DNA of 64,000 nucleotides from an uncultured Ruminococcus sp. GTDB taxonomy: Bacteria; Bacillota; Clostridia; Oscillospirales; Ruminococcaceae. A program made the position numbers and the translations under genes. The DNA lies in assembly GCA_947627175.1 (NCBI GenBank), contig CANQVA010000007.1, forward strand, positions 1,050 through 65,049. Direction: 5' to 3'. Positions within the stretch are counted from its first letter, which is position 1. Each line of letters opens with the position of its first letter. The notes under the pieces were generated by a model. That model did not search any database and was not told the DNA's origin. It worked only from the letters and a program-made list of their open reading frames with translations. This document shows positions 1-8,520 of the stretch, piece after piece.

Positions 1-2
1 TA

Positions 3-1346
3 GTTGAGGGTAAACAAGCAGAATCAGAAGTTAAATTTGCAATGGATATTTCAGGATTAGCAGAAAAATATCGTGAAGTAGTACCAAAACCTGATAAAAA
101 CGGAAAGATTCTTTTATCATCGGAACAAATCGAAACTATAAGTAAAAAAATTATTCATAAAAAAGAACAACAAATCAAAAACAAAAGAAAAATCGTATTG
201 CCAAAATTTATTTTTGATATTGAAAGCCGTGAAGCGAATCTGAATGGTAATCCGTTTAATTTATCACTCGATAACGAATCAGTCCGTAACGATGCACAAT
301 TATTTATTCAATATATGAAAGGCTATGAAAGATTCCATGGCGACTATGAGGAAATGCAGAGAAATTATTTTAATTTTCTTAACTGGATGTTCTGTTCGCC
401 ATTTATGGCTGTTCTGCGTGATAAAGCAAGTCATTATGGTAAGGAATACAGTTTCAGTTATCCTGTTTTTGGATTGATATGCGGTAATAGTAAGGGCGGA
501 AAAAGTAAATTTCTTGCTCTTTGTATGAAAATGATGTCGGGTATAAATGAAAATGAATCTTCTTTTCCAGTCAATCATTTTACAAAGACAATTGTCAACA
601 GTCTGCGAAATGAAGTAAGAGGACTGCCAATTATTTTTAATGATATTGTTAAAAAACGTTTTGACGAACATGCTGTTGAAATGATAAAAAATGATATTTT
701 CGGATTTGAAGAACATGATACAAACTATCCTGCGGTTGCAATCAGTGCCAATAGCGATTTAAAAGTTTTTTCAAGCGAAATCCGTAGAAGAATGATTATT
801 TGCCGTATAAACGGTGCAATTACAAATATGGAAATAAGAAAAGACAATATCACTCAAAAAGTAATGAAAAATATTGGTACTGCTCTATATTGCGAATATT
901 TTAGACGTATGCTTGATGCTGTTTTTCAAATTACAGAAAAAATACAGAACGATGACGACGAATCCCCCGATATTCTTCAAACATCTTCTGAAATTCTCTG
1001 TTCTGTACTGTATGAATTTTCAGGTTCGGAACTTCCTCAATATGTACGGAAAATTTCTCTTGCGGACTATTTCAGCGAAAAAGTCGTTGGCAAACATATC
1101 GTTGAATTTATTCGTATGGCTTGGAATACTGATAAGAGTAATTTTCAGATTGATAAAAAAAATAATCTTCTGACTTTCAATGCAGGAGAAACTTATGAAG
1201 CAAAAAGATTTGAAAAAGAACTTCCGGAGTCGCTTTTTCCAAAACAAGTAAGAGAATGTGTGATTATGAATCTTGACGCAGCAAGAGAATTTTTTGAACT
1301 TGATTTTAAAATCGGCGTCCTTGATAAATTAAAAAATAAAAAATAA
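3..1346 (+). CDS. 5'-truncated ORF: C-terminal part of a larger protein with a P-loop NTPase core (possibly SF3-helicase/primase-associated); function unknown
   Basis: The frame of the 42..1346 ORF stays open back to nt 3 (VEGKQAESEVKFA-MDISG), so the gene starts upstream of the window. Walker A-like GNSKGGKSKF, and LPIIFNDI as a Walker B candidate. Family not recognised with certainty. Confidence 0.5.
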   Translation, partial: VEGKQAESEVKFAMDISGLAEKYREVVPKPDKNGKILLSSEQIETISKKIIHKKEQQIKNKRKIVLPKFIFDIESREANLNGNPFNLSLDNESVRNDAQLFIQYMKGYERFHGDYEEMQRNYFNFLNWMFCSPFMAVLRDKASHYGKEYSFSYPVFGLICGNSKGGKSKFLALCMKMMSGINENESSFPVNHFTKTIVNSLRNEVRGLPIIFNDIVKKRFDEHAVEMIKNDIFGFEEHDTNYPAVAISANSDLKVFSSEIRRRMIICRINGAITNMEIRKDNITQKVMKNIGTALYCEYFRRMLDAVFQITEKIQNDDDESPDILQTSSEILCSVLYEFSGSELPQYVRKISLADYFSEKVVGKHIVEFIRMAWNTDKSNFQIDKKNNLLTFNAGETYEAKRFEKELPESLFPKQVRECVIMNLDAAREFFELDFKIGVLDKLKNKK

Positions 1347-1383
1347 TAACTAAATAGAGGATAATTTCAATATTCAAAAATAC

Positions 1384-1412
1384 TTGACATAGAAAAAATA
1401 TTATGATATAAT
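1384..1412 (+). promoter_or_regulatory. sigma-A type promoter of the CHAP/dockerin gene
   Basis: TTGACA 1384-1389, 17-nt spacer, TGaTATAAT 1404-1412. AAGGAG RBS at 1461-1466 ahead of ATG 1478. Confidence 0.75.
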
Positions 1413-1477
1413 CAAAATGATTTCTTCACACAATTAACGAAGACATCAACAATTATTATCAAGGAGATGAATAGTCT

Positions 1478-2944
1478 ATGGTACAAAAAAAATCAAAATT
1501 ACAACAGCTGGTATCTGTATTTTTGGTGATTTTGACAATGATAACACTTGTGAATTATATTGAACCACAGCAGGCATTTGCCTACACACCCCGAAAAGAA
1601 GCACCAGCTAAAGACAATAAGTATTATTATAGCAAAATAAACCCTTTTTATCCGACTTATGGTCTTCCGAACTGTACTTGTTATGCCTATGGCAGAGCAT
1701 ATGAAATTTTGGGAACTGACCCGAAACTTCCCACAGGCAACGCCGGAACATGGTATGAAAAAGATACGAAACATAAGAAAGGCAGTACTCCGCAACTTGG
1801 TGCTATTGCTTGTTGGAAAGGAAGCGGACAGTATAACGGTCATGTGGCTGTAGTTGAAGAAATTAACGGCAGCAAAATTTCTTTTTCTGAATCCAACTAT
1901 GGCGGCGACCTTTTCCGCTATCAGAAAAATATTGACCCTAATAAATACGCTTCCGGTGCACCTTATAATTATACTTTTCAGGGATATATCTACATCGGGG
2001 AAGCACCCGAACCTGTAAAGCCCGGAACAATTAGCGGTACTTACTTAATGAAAAACGTCGGTACAACTTCTTATGCTTATGTCAACGGTTCAGATGCGGA
2101 TAAAACGGATATTGCACTCGGAACTAATAAGTCAAATGATTCCTATAAGATGAAATTCACTGATGCCGGTTCAGGTACACAGCCAAGTTGTTTTATTCAG
2201 CCGGTTATTTCCTCAACAAGAGTTGTAAATCCGTATGCAGATACACCTGCCAACGGCACAAATGTAAATCTCTATAAAAAGTCAAGTGACGGTACGCAAC
2301 AATGGGTATTAGAGAGTGTCAGCGGCGGATATATCATCAGAAACTTTACAAATCAAAATCTTGTATTGACAGCAAACAGCAACACCGTTAAAGTGAATAC
2401 ATATTCTTCAGGAAATAAAAATCAAATATGGAGTTTAGAGTCACCCTCCGTTAGTGTGGATGCAGTATTCCACCGAAATCTAAATGCAAATGATACTACT
2501 ACCGTCACCGAAACTTTCACTACTGGTGTAAGCAATCAGAAATTCGGCTATGATGCGAACGGAAACGGACGATACCCTACAATGAATGAGGCTTCAGTTG
2601 GTTTTGGTCAATGGATAAATACAGGATATAAATTGCTCGGTTGGAGCGAAAATAAAAATGCCACTACTGCATCATGGAAAACATATTCCGATGTTGTTGA
2701 TTCATGGATTACAAAGCATTCACCGAAAATTGACTTGTATGCAGTCTGGGAACCTGTAACAACAGAGGGCGATGTAAACGAAGATGGTCAGTTTGATGAA
2801 CTTGACGCTGTTATACTTCAAAAATGGTTAATTTCAGCACCCGGCTTGAATCTTGAAAACTGGGAAACTGCTGATTTGAACGAAGACGGCAGGCTTGATT
2901 CTTTTGACCTTGTTATGATGAAGCGTAAATTGATAAACAAGTAA
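1478..2944 (+). CDS. secreted multidomain protein: CHAP-type peptidoglycan amidase/peptidase + ricin-type lectin + Listeria-Bacteroides repeat + type-I dockerin
   Basis: N-terminal signal/TM (LVSVFLVILTMITLV). CHAP Cys/His motifs (NCTCYAYGRAYEILG; GHVAVVEEI). QxW repeats (QQWVLE, QIWSLE). GYKLLGW...LYAVWEP module. Duplicated Ca-binding dockerin loops (DVNEDGQFDELD, DLNEDGRLDSFD). Confidence 0.85.
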   Translation: MVQKKSKLQQLVSVFLVILTMITLVNYIEPQQAFAYTPRKEAPAKDNKYYYSKINPFYPTYGLPNCTCYAYGRAYEILGTDPKLPTGNAGTWYEKDTKHKKGSTPQLGAIACWKGSGQYNGHVAVVEEINGSKISFSESNYGGDLFRYQKNIDPNKYASGAPYNYTFQGYIYIGEAPEPVKPGTISGTYLMKNVGTTSYAYVNGSDADKTDIALGTNKSNDSYKMKFTDAGSGTQPSCFIQPVISSTRVVNPYADTPANGTNVNLYKKSSDGTQQWVLESVSGGYIIRNFTNQNLVLTANSNTVKVNTYSSGNKNQIWSLESPSVSVDAVFHRNLNANDTTTVTETFTTGVSNQKFGYDANGNGRYPTMNEASVGFGQWINTGYKLLGWSENKNATTASWKTYSDVVDSWITKHSPKIDLYAVWEPVTTEGDVNEDGQFDELDAVILQKWLISAPGLNLENWETADLNEDGRLDSFDLVMMKRKLINK

Positions 2945-3010
2945 ATTTTTTATATTCATGTTCAAGGAGAAATTTGAACTGACTGCAAAAAATTCAGAAT
3001 AGAAACTATG

Positions 3011-3046
3011 AAAAGCGACTAAGAACAATTTTAGTCGCTTTTTCTA
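3011..3046. terminator. rho-independent terminator, bidirectional shape
   Basis: AGCGACTAA (3014-3022) pairs with TTAGTCGCT (3031-3039). It is flanked by an A-run upstream and TTTTTCT downstream. Confidence 0.7.
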
Positions 3047-3093
3047 TTTATCATTTTTCAGTGATAACATCAAAATAAAGTTTACCATAGAAA

Positions 3094-3125
3094 AAGCTGT
3101 CAAAAAAACTCTGACAGCATTTTTT
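3094..3125 (-). terminator. rho-independent terminator downstream of the histidine kinase gene
   Basis: GCTGTCA (3096-3102) pairs with TGACAGC (3112-3118). A-run and T-run lie on both sides. Confidence 0.6.
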
Positions 3126-3128
3126 AAA

Positions 3129-4007
3129 TCATAAATTAAAAGTAAGCCTTATTTCTAAAACATAATCTTTATATTCTGCTGAAATAGTACCGCCCATTTC
3201 TTCCGCAAGTGTACGTGCGATAGACAAGCCAAGACCTGTAGAATTTCTTGCTGTTTTTACAGTGTAAAATCTATCAAAAAGCCGTTCCACTTGTACAGAT
3301 GATAATTCTTTTGCTGTATTTGCAAAAATCATTTCACCGCTGTCTGTCAGCGTAATCTGTAAATCACCATCACTATATTTTACGGCATTGTTAAGCAGAT
3401 TTGAAATGATTCTTGCAAGATATTCCTTGTTTAATTTTGCAGTAATTTGTTTTTCTGTCATGTGTATTTCAGGCGAAATTCCTCTTCTTGTGAGAATTGA
3501 ATAATAATCCATAATGCTGTCTTCAAGTATCTGATTGATAAGTATTTCTTCTGTTTTTGGTTCTTTGTTGTCTGAAAGAATTACAGAATATCGGAATAAT
3601 TCTTCCGTGAGTTGTTTCATAAGTTCCGCACGTTCTTTCATGATAGAAATATATTCTTCTGTTTTTGCAATATCCGCATTATCCTGCAATAAATCAAGAT
3701 AACCGCAGATTGCTGTCAATGGTGTGCGTATATCGTGGGAAATATTTGTAATTGCTGTTTTCAGTTCAAAATCGCCCTGCTTATACCGGAGATATTCTTT
3801 CCGCAAGATTTTCAATTGCTTGTTGATATTGTCAGCAAGTTTTTTCATTTCTCTGTCATTGCTTGAAATAGTAATGAGTCTGTTTGTATCGGTTTTAAGG
3901 ATTTGTTCAAATTGTATATAGATTTCTTTTGCAGTTTTTTTCATCATCACAATTTTTACAATCAAAATTATTATCACAACAAAAAGAATCATACACAAAT
4001 ACAACAT
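3129..4007 (-). CDS. sensor histidine kinase with one N-terminal TM helix and no extracytoplasmic domain
   Basis: H-box SHDIRTPLTAI, N-box NLLNNAVKYS, G-box GLGLSIAR. GAGGT lies 6 nt before ATG 4007; the track start at 4010 is a GTG inside the RBS spacing. Confidence 0.85.
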   Translation of the reverse strand: MLYLCMILFVVIIILIVKIVMMKKTAKEIYIQFEQILKTDTNRLITISSNDREMKKLADNINKQLKILRKEYLRYKQGDFELKTAITNISHDIRTPLTAICGYLDLLQDNADIAKTEEYISIMKERAELMKQLTEELFRYSVILSDNKEPKTEEILINQILEDSIMDYYSILTRRGISPEIHMTEKQITAKLNKEYLARIISNLLNNAVKYSDGDLQITLTDSGEMIFANTAKELSSVQVERLFDRFYTVKTARNSTGLGLSIARTLAEEMGGTISAEYKDYVLEIRLTFNL

Positions 4008-4031
4008 CACATTACCTCATTTAATAAATTT

Positions 4032-4880
4032 TTATTTCAAATCTTTTTTGCGGAAAATTAAAATTCCTGCCGTTGTAATTACAATACCTTCAATAATTGA
4101 ATAAATAAATATTTTCTGAAAAGGATATTTCAAAATTTCAGATGAAATATAATTTTCTTTTTTATCATACATTGATTCTGATTCATAGTATGCCTGACCA
4201 CACGGGTCAATCAGCAATATATTTTCATAAATATTTCTCATATTTCCGCTTTGATACATTTTATTCGGTAATGGTTCGTTTATTTTTTCAACGACCTCAA
4301 ATTCATATGGCAGACGCATTTCAGGTTCTGCTAATTTATTGTGGGCATCTGTTCCGATTATACTAAAAATATAGAATACAACAAGCAAAGATATTAACGA
4401 TAGAATTTTTGACTTGCTGTTCATGGAAACAATCAGACAAATTGCAATAATTAACAATAAAGTACACAAACACATTACATAACTTCTGAATAATATATCA
4501 AACGAAAAATTGTATTTCCAACGTCGGATTACACCTGAAATTATTACGGATATTACAGATATATTGAATAAAATGACAACTGCAAGATAGTTAAGAATAA
4601 GCTCTGCAAAATAAATTTTTATTCTTGAATGACCTATTATAATTTTATTCCGCATTGTGTCATAAGCGTATTCATCTCCTATAAACTGTGAAACAAAAAA
4701 TAATGAAAAGAAACTTATTATTGTCATTATCCGAAATAAAAATCCGTCAATATCGGGAAGAATTGAATAATCATTTAACAATATCGGATATACCGCAAAA
4801 ATAATTACAGCAATACATTCAAGCCAATATAATTTAAAATGCAATAGTCTATAAAATTCACTGCGAAAAATTTTACTCAT
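4032..4880 (-). CDS. ABC-2 type permease, paralog 3
   Basis: Polytopic membrane protein. Shares MSK(I/L)..EFY N-terminus, the D/E-Y..T(M/I)RNK.I.GH(S/T)R motif and the IFRKKDLK C-terminus with the two upstream genes. GAGGG RBS before ATG 4880. Confidence 0.75.
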   Translation of the reverse strand: MSKIFRSEFYRLLHFKLYWLECIAVIIFAVYPILLNDYSILPDIDGFLFRIMTIISFFSLFFVSQFIGDEYAYDTMRNKIIIGHSRIKIYFAELILNYLAVVILFNISVISVIISGVIRRWKYNFSFDILFRSYVMCLCTLLLIIAICLIVSMNSKSKILSLISLLVVFYIFSIIGTDAHNKLAEPEMRLPYEFEVVEKINEPLPNKMYQSGNMRNIYENILLIDPCGQAYYESESMYDKKENYISSEILKYPFQKIFIYSIIEGIVITTAGILIFRKKDLK

Positions 4881-4888
4881 ATCAGCCC

Positions 4889-5740
4889 TCATTTCAAATC
4901 TTTTCTACGGAAAATAAAAATTCCTGCCCCGGTGACAATGGCAATAACACATATTGAATTTATAGGGAAATTTTTATCATTGTCGTTTTTCTGATAATAT
5001 ACTTGTACAATTTGGTCAACGGGGAGTGTGTCATGGAAAAATTGAAATACTTTTTTCTTTGTACCTGTAAGATATTTCGGGTTTTTCGTCAATGGTTGTT
5101 CAACTTCCTGTTCTGTTCCGTCCTCATTTGTCACTGTAAAAGTATATGGTTGAATATACTCTTTTGCAGAAAGTCTGTAATCTATTGTATTTGCAATGAA
5201 AATCAATAAAATTGAGAAAATCATTGCTGTAACAACACCTGCTGATTTTTTCGGAATAAGCATAGAAATAAACAAAATTATTGCAGTTATTGACAAAACA
5301 GAGAAAACAGTTATCAGGCACATACCTGCTATTTTTTCAGCGGACATTTTGCTTTTTCCAATAATTCCAAATACAGAACTTCCAATAATCACCACAATAA
5401 ACGCAATATGCATAATAACAGATGCAGTTGAACAAGTAATAAGATTTGACAGATACATTGACATTCTTGAATGTCCCATGATGTGCTTATTGCGAATTGT
5501 ACCGCTACTGTAATCTTCTCCGATGAAAATACTCACGAAAATAGCAATAACAATGCTGATATACATTGCTCCGACAAGAAAAATTTCATCTGCAAAACAG
5601 TAATAACCGGGGACTGTCCGCATAGCATTCCAACGTGTGAACACTATAAGCCCGGCAAGACCTGCCATGAAAAACACGCCTGCCCAAAAAATTTTGCTTT
5701 TGAACATTCTTACAAAATCAGCTCTTAAAAGTTTACTCAT
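4889..5740 (-). CDS. ABC-2 type permease, paralog 2
   Basis: Same conserved motifs (GEDYSSGTIRNKHIMGHSR; IFRRKDLK). Multiple TM segments. Confidence 0.75.
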   Translation of the reverse strand: MSKLLRADFVRMFKSKIFWAGVFFMAGLAGLIVFTRWNAMRTVPGYYCFADEIFLVGAMYISIVIAIFVSIFIGEDYSSGTIRNKHIMGHSRMSMYLSNLITCSTASVIMHIAFIVVIIGSSVFGIIGKSKMSAEKIAGMCLITVFSVLSITAIILFISMLIPKKSAGVVTAMIFSILLIFIANTIDYRLSAKEYIQPYTFTVTNEDGTEQEVEQPLTKNPKYLTGTKKKVFQFFHDTLPVDQIVQVYYQKNDNDKNFPINSICVIAIVTGAGIFIFRRKDLK

Positions 5741-5750
5741 AATTTACACT

Positions 5751-6503
5751 TCATTTCAAATCAGCTTTTCTGAATATCGCATAGCCGAGTGTTATCAGCA
5801 CAACCGAAAAAGCCGTTGAAAATAAAATATATTTCAGCGGTGAAAAATCAGATTCCGCTGAAAATTTCTCCATCAGAAATATCTGTGAAGACGGCAAAAC
5901 ATTATTGATAAATACAAATAATTTATTTTCAGGGAAAATTTCATCCAAAAGCGGTAATGAATTAAGTGTATACGCTGTAATTATAGTCACTCCACCGCCC
6001 AAACCGTTTTTTAGTGTCATCGAAATAAACACACCTAATGTTGTAAGTGAAGGCACTGCGACGAGGTAGACGGGCAAAGCTTTGAAAAAATTTTCTTTGT
6101 AAACCTTTAATACATCGGGGGCAGGCTGGTCTGTACGGAATACTTCTATGCAGGAAAACAATTTTCCGAACAAAATATATGCTCCGATAAAAACAGCCGT
6201 CATCAAAAAAGCGAGTACTGCAAAGGCAATCTGATAAGATAGATAGATATTAAACCTTGTATGTCCGACAATCAATTTGTTTCGCATCGTGTTGTTTGCA
6301 AAATCCTGACTTATAAAGACTCCTGTCATTCCACAGAAAATAAGTCCGAACATACAGGAAAATATGCTCACACCGATATAGACCGTACCGGTGGCTGACA
6401 TCGAACCAAACGCTCCGGCAACAGAAAATGCGATAGTTGTAATAAGAATTGTGACGAATTTTCTAAGGAGTTTATAAAACTCTGTAGATAAAAGTTTACT
6501 CAT
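5751..6503 (-). CDS. ABC-2 type permease, paralog 1 (shortest, lacks the long loop)
   Basis: Motifs SQDFANNTMRNKLIVGHTR and IFRKADLK. The MSKLL start at 6503 matches its paralogs and overlaps the ATPase stop by 8 nt. Confidence 0.75.
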   Translation of the reverse strand: MSKLLSTEFYKLLRKFVTILITTIAFSVAGAFGSMSATGTVYIGVSIFSCMFGLIFCGMTGVFISQDFANNTMRNKLIVGHTRFNIYLSYQIAFAVLAFLMTAVFIGAYILFGKLFSCIEVFRTDQPAPDVLKVYKENFFKALPVYLVAVPSLTTLGVFISMTLKNGLGGGVTIITAYTLNSLPLLDEIFPENKLFVFINNVLPSSQIFLMEKFSAESDFSPLKYILFSTAFSVVLITLGYAIFRKADLK

Positions 6504-7410
6504 GGTTTGCACCTCCCACAAGATTTACAAAAAAGCTCTCTAAATTTTCGTCATGCTCCTCCATGGAAATGACCTCACAATTTTCTTTGGAAAGTGCAAT
6601 GGCAAGCTGTGAAAAATTCGGTTTTGCGTAAACATCAGCCGTTTTCTCATCGAGAATTTTGTATGTAATTTCCATACCGTCCAGTACTCTTGCAAGAATT
6701 TTTGTGTCTGTAACAGTCATGTGCATACATTTTCGGCAGGCTTGCTCCAATTCTTCAGCACTCATTTCTTTTATAATTCTTCCGCTGTCAATAAATCCAT
6801 AATGCGTAGCAAGTTTTGAAAGTTCGTCAAGAATATGACTTGAAATTAAAACAGTGATTTGACGTTCACGGTTGAGTTTAAGAATAAGTTCACGTACTTC
6901 AATAATGCCTTGTGGGTCAAGACCGTTTATAGGTTCGTCCAGAATCAGAAAATCAGGATTTCCGCAAAGTGCAATTGCAATACCCAAACGCTGTTTCATA
7001 CCTAAAGAAAAATTCTTTGCTTTTTTCTTTCCCGTATTTTCCAGACCGACCAGTTTCAATAATTCCTGTATGCCGTCAAAGCTCGGCATACCAAGAAGGC
7101 GGTACTGCATTTTCAGGTTGTCCTCTGCCGTCATAGAGGGGTAAATTGATGGTGTTTCCACAACTGCCCCCATTCTGCTGCGTGAATCTGAAATTGCCTT
7201 ATCGGTATTTTTAACTCCGTACAATTCAAAATCTCCGCTTGTCGGATACTGTAATCCGCAGATTAAACGGATAAGTGTTGTTTTGCCTGCACCATTTCTT
7301 CCGACAAATCCATAAATTGCACCTTTCGGAATGTTCATTGTCACACCGTTAAGTGCTTTAAAATGGCGGTAATGCTTGCAAAGTGCGTTTGTTTTCAGAA
7401 TATAGTCCAT
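6496..7410 (-). CDS. ABC transporter ATP-binding protein (bacitracin/lantibiotic-protection type)
   Basis: Walker A GRNGAGKTT, signature LSLGMKQRL, Walker B FLILDEP, H-loop SSH. About 80-aa C-terminal regulatory-like tail. AAGGAGG RBS. Confidence 0.9.
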   Translation of the reverse strand: MDYILKTNALCKHYRHFKALNGVTMNIPKGAIYGFVGRNGAGKTTLIRLICGLQYPTSGDFELYGVKNTDKAISDSRSRMGAVVETPSIYPSMTAEDNLKMQYRLLGMPSFDGIQELLKLVGLENTGKKKAKNFSLGMKQRLGIAIALCGNPDFLILDEPINGLDPQGIIEVRELILKLNRERQITVLISSHILDELSKLATHYGFIDSGRIIKEMSAEELEQACRKCMHMTVTDTKILARVLDGMEITYKILDEKTADVYAKPNFSQLAIALSKENCEVISMEEHDENLESFFVNLVGGANHE

Positions 7411-7439
7411 AGTAAGACCTCCTTTTGTTTTCTGAAAAC

Positions 7440-7500
7440 ATTATATCATACAAAAGTCAAGAAAGTAGTCAAGAAAATGTCAAGATTTCGTCAAGATTTC
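7440..7500 (-). promoter_or_regulatory. internal promoter with four helically phased direct repeats (candidate response-regulator binding sites)
   Basis: On the minus strand TCTTGAC occurs four times (plus-strand GTCAAGA at 7456, 7468, 7479, 7490; spacing 12/11/11 nt). TGaTATAAT extended -10 at 7448-7440 and no -35 consensus at the 17-nt position. Repeat 4 overlaps the regulator stop codon. Confidence 0.6.
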
Positions 7501-8150
7501 ATTTTGAAACCGATTCCGTAAACTGCCTCAATATAGTCATTTCCGTCAACCGCCTGTAATTTGTGCCGAATATTGCTGATATGCTGTTTCAAAGAACGCT
7601 CCGTACAATCCGGTGTATCATAACTGATACTGTCAAGAATGGTAATTTTACCAATGGGCATATCGGGATTTTGCATAAGCAACTTCAAAATAGCACACTC
7701 TGTCCGTGTCAGACGAATTTCTGTTTTATCAAGCATAACTGTCAATTTATCAGGATATAGCGTTATATTCCGATAATTCAAAATACGGTTATCTGTATTT
7801 CTTTTCCGCAGTTGAACGGCAATTCTTGCAAGTAATTCATGTATATTGAACGGCTTTGTGACATAATCAGCCGCACCGCCAAGCAGAAGTCTGACTTTGT
7901 CCGTCACATCAGCTTTTGCACTTACCACAATAACGGGAATATCCTTTATTTTTGGTAATAACTCTTCACCACAAAGTCCCGGTAACATGAGGTCAAGCAA
8001 AATCAAATCAGGCTTATTTCCGGAAAGCATAAGCAATGCTTCTGTCCCTGAAAAAGCCTTATCTACTGTATAGCCCTCTCTTATCAGCGTTTCTGTCAAA
8101 AGATTGCTGATGTGTATATCATCATCTACAATAAGTATTCTGAACAACAT
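7491..8150 (-). CDS. OmpR/PhoB-family response regulator
   Basis: Receiver domain (IVDDD, LILLDLMLP, VSAK) and a winged-helix C-terminus (LTRTECAILKLL...YGIGFKM). AGAGGTG RBS places the start at ATG 8150. Confidence 0.9.
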   Translation of the reverse strand: MLFRILIVDDDIHISNLLTETLIREGYTVDKAFSGTEALLMLSGNKPDLILLDLMLPGLCGEELLPKIKDIPVIVVSAKADVTDKVRLLLGGAADYVTKPFNIHELLARIAVQLRKRNTDNRILNYRNITLYPDKLTVMLDKTEIRLTRTECAILKLLMQNPDMPIGKITILDSISYDTPDCTERSLKQHISNIRHKLQAVDGNDYIEAVYGIGFKMKS

Positions 8151-8297
8151 TTTCACCTCTAAATTGATTTATGATATTTACATTGTGCTTTTTCTTTTAT
8201 CATACCACAATATTCGTAAATTGTCCACTCCTTTTTTCTTTTTTGGTCATATCTATTGACAACGCAAATTTTTCACTAAAAAATTTCAAAAAAGTAC

Positions 8298-8326
8298 TTG
8301 ACAAATTTTTAATCTTGTGATATAAT
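8298..8326 (+). promoter_or_regulatory. consensus promoter of tRNA-Leu
   Basis: TTGACA 8298-8303, 17-nt spacer, TGaTATAAT 8318-8326. Confidence 0.75.
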
Positions 8327-8360
8327 ATTACTTGTTAAGTGCAAAGTATAAATTATTTAT

Positions 8361-8444
8361 GCGGATATGGCGGAATAGGCAGACGCGTTGGCTTCAGGTG
8401 CCAATCGGGGCAACTCGGTGCAGGTTCAACTCCTGTTATCCGCA
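8361..8444 (+). tRNA. tRNA-Leu(CAG)
   Basis: Acceptor GCGGATA/TATCCGC. Anticodon stem TTGGC/GCCAA with loop TTCAGGT (anticodon CAG). Long variable arm and T-loop GGTTCAACTCC. CCA is not encoded. Confidence 0.9.
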
Positions 8445-8450
8445 CTATGA

Positions 8451-8477
8451 AAAGTTCGGTTTTGCCGAACTTTTTTG
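8451..8477 (+). terminator. rho-independent terminator after tRNA-Leu
   Basis: GTTCGG (8454-8459) pairs with CCGAAC (8465-8470), followed by T6. Confidence 0.75.
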
Positions 8478-8482
8478 CATCT

Positions 8483-8520
8483 AAAAAAACGGCTGTATAT
8501 TTTACAGCCGTAATTTTTTT
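8483..8520. terminator. bidirectional terminator shared by tRNA-Leu and the convergent uptake operon
   Basis: ACGGCTGTA (8489-8497) pairs with TACAGCCGT (8503-8511). A-run upstream and T7 downstream. The stop codon of the minus-strand ATPase (8502-8504) lies inside the stem. Confidence 0.7.

Noticed and set aside
7456-7500. Possible mini CRISPR-like array
   Set aside because: The repeat unit is only 7-11 nt with 4-5-nt gaps, there are four copies, and no cas genes are present. The geometry fits transcription-factor direct repeats instead.
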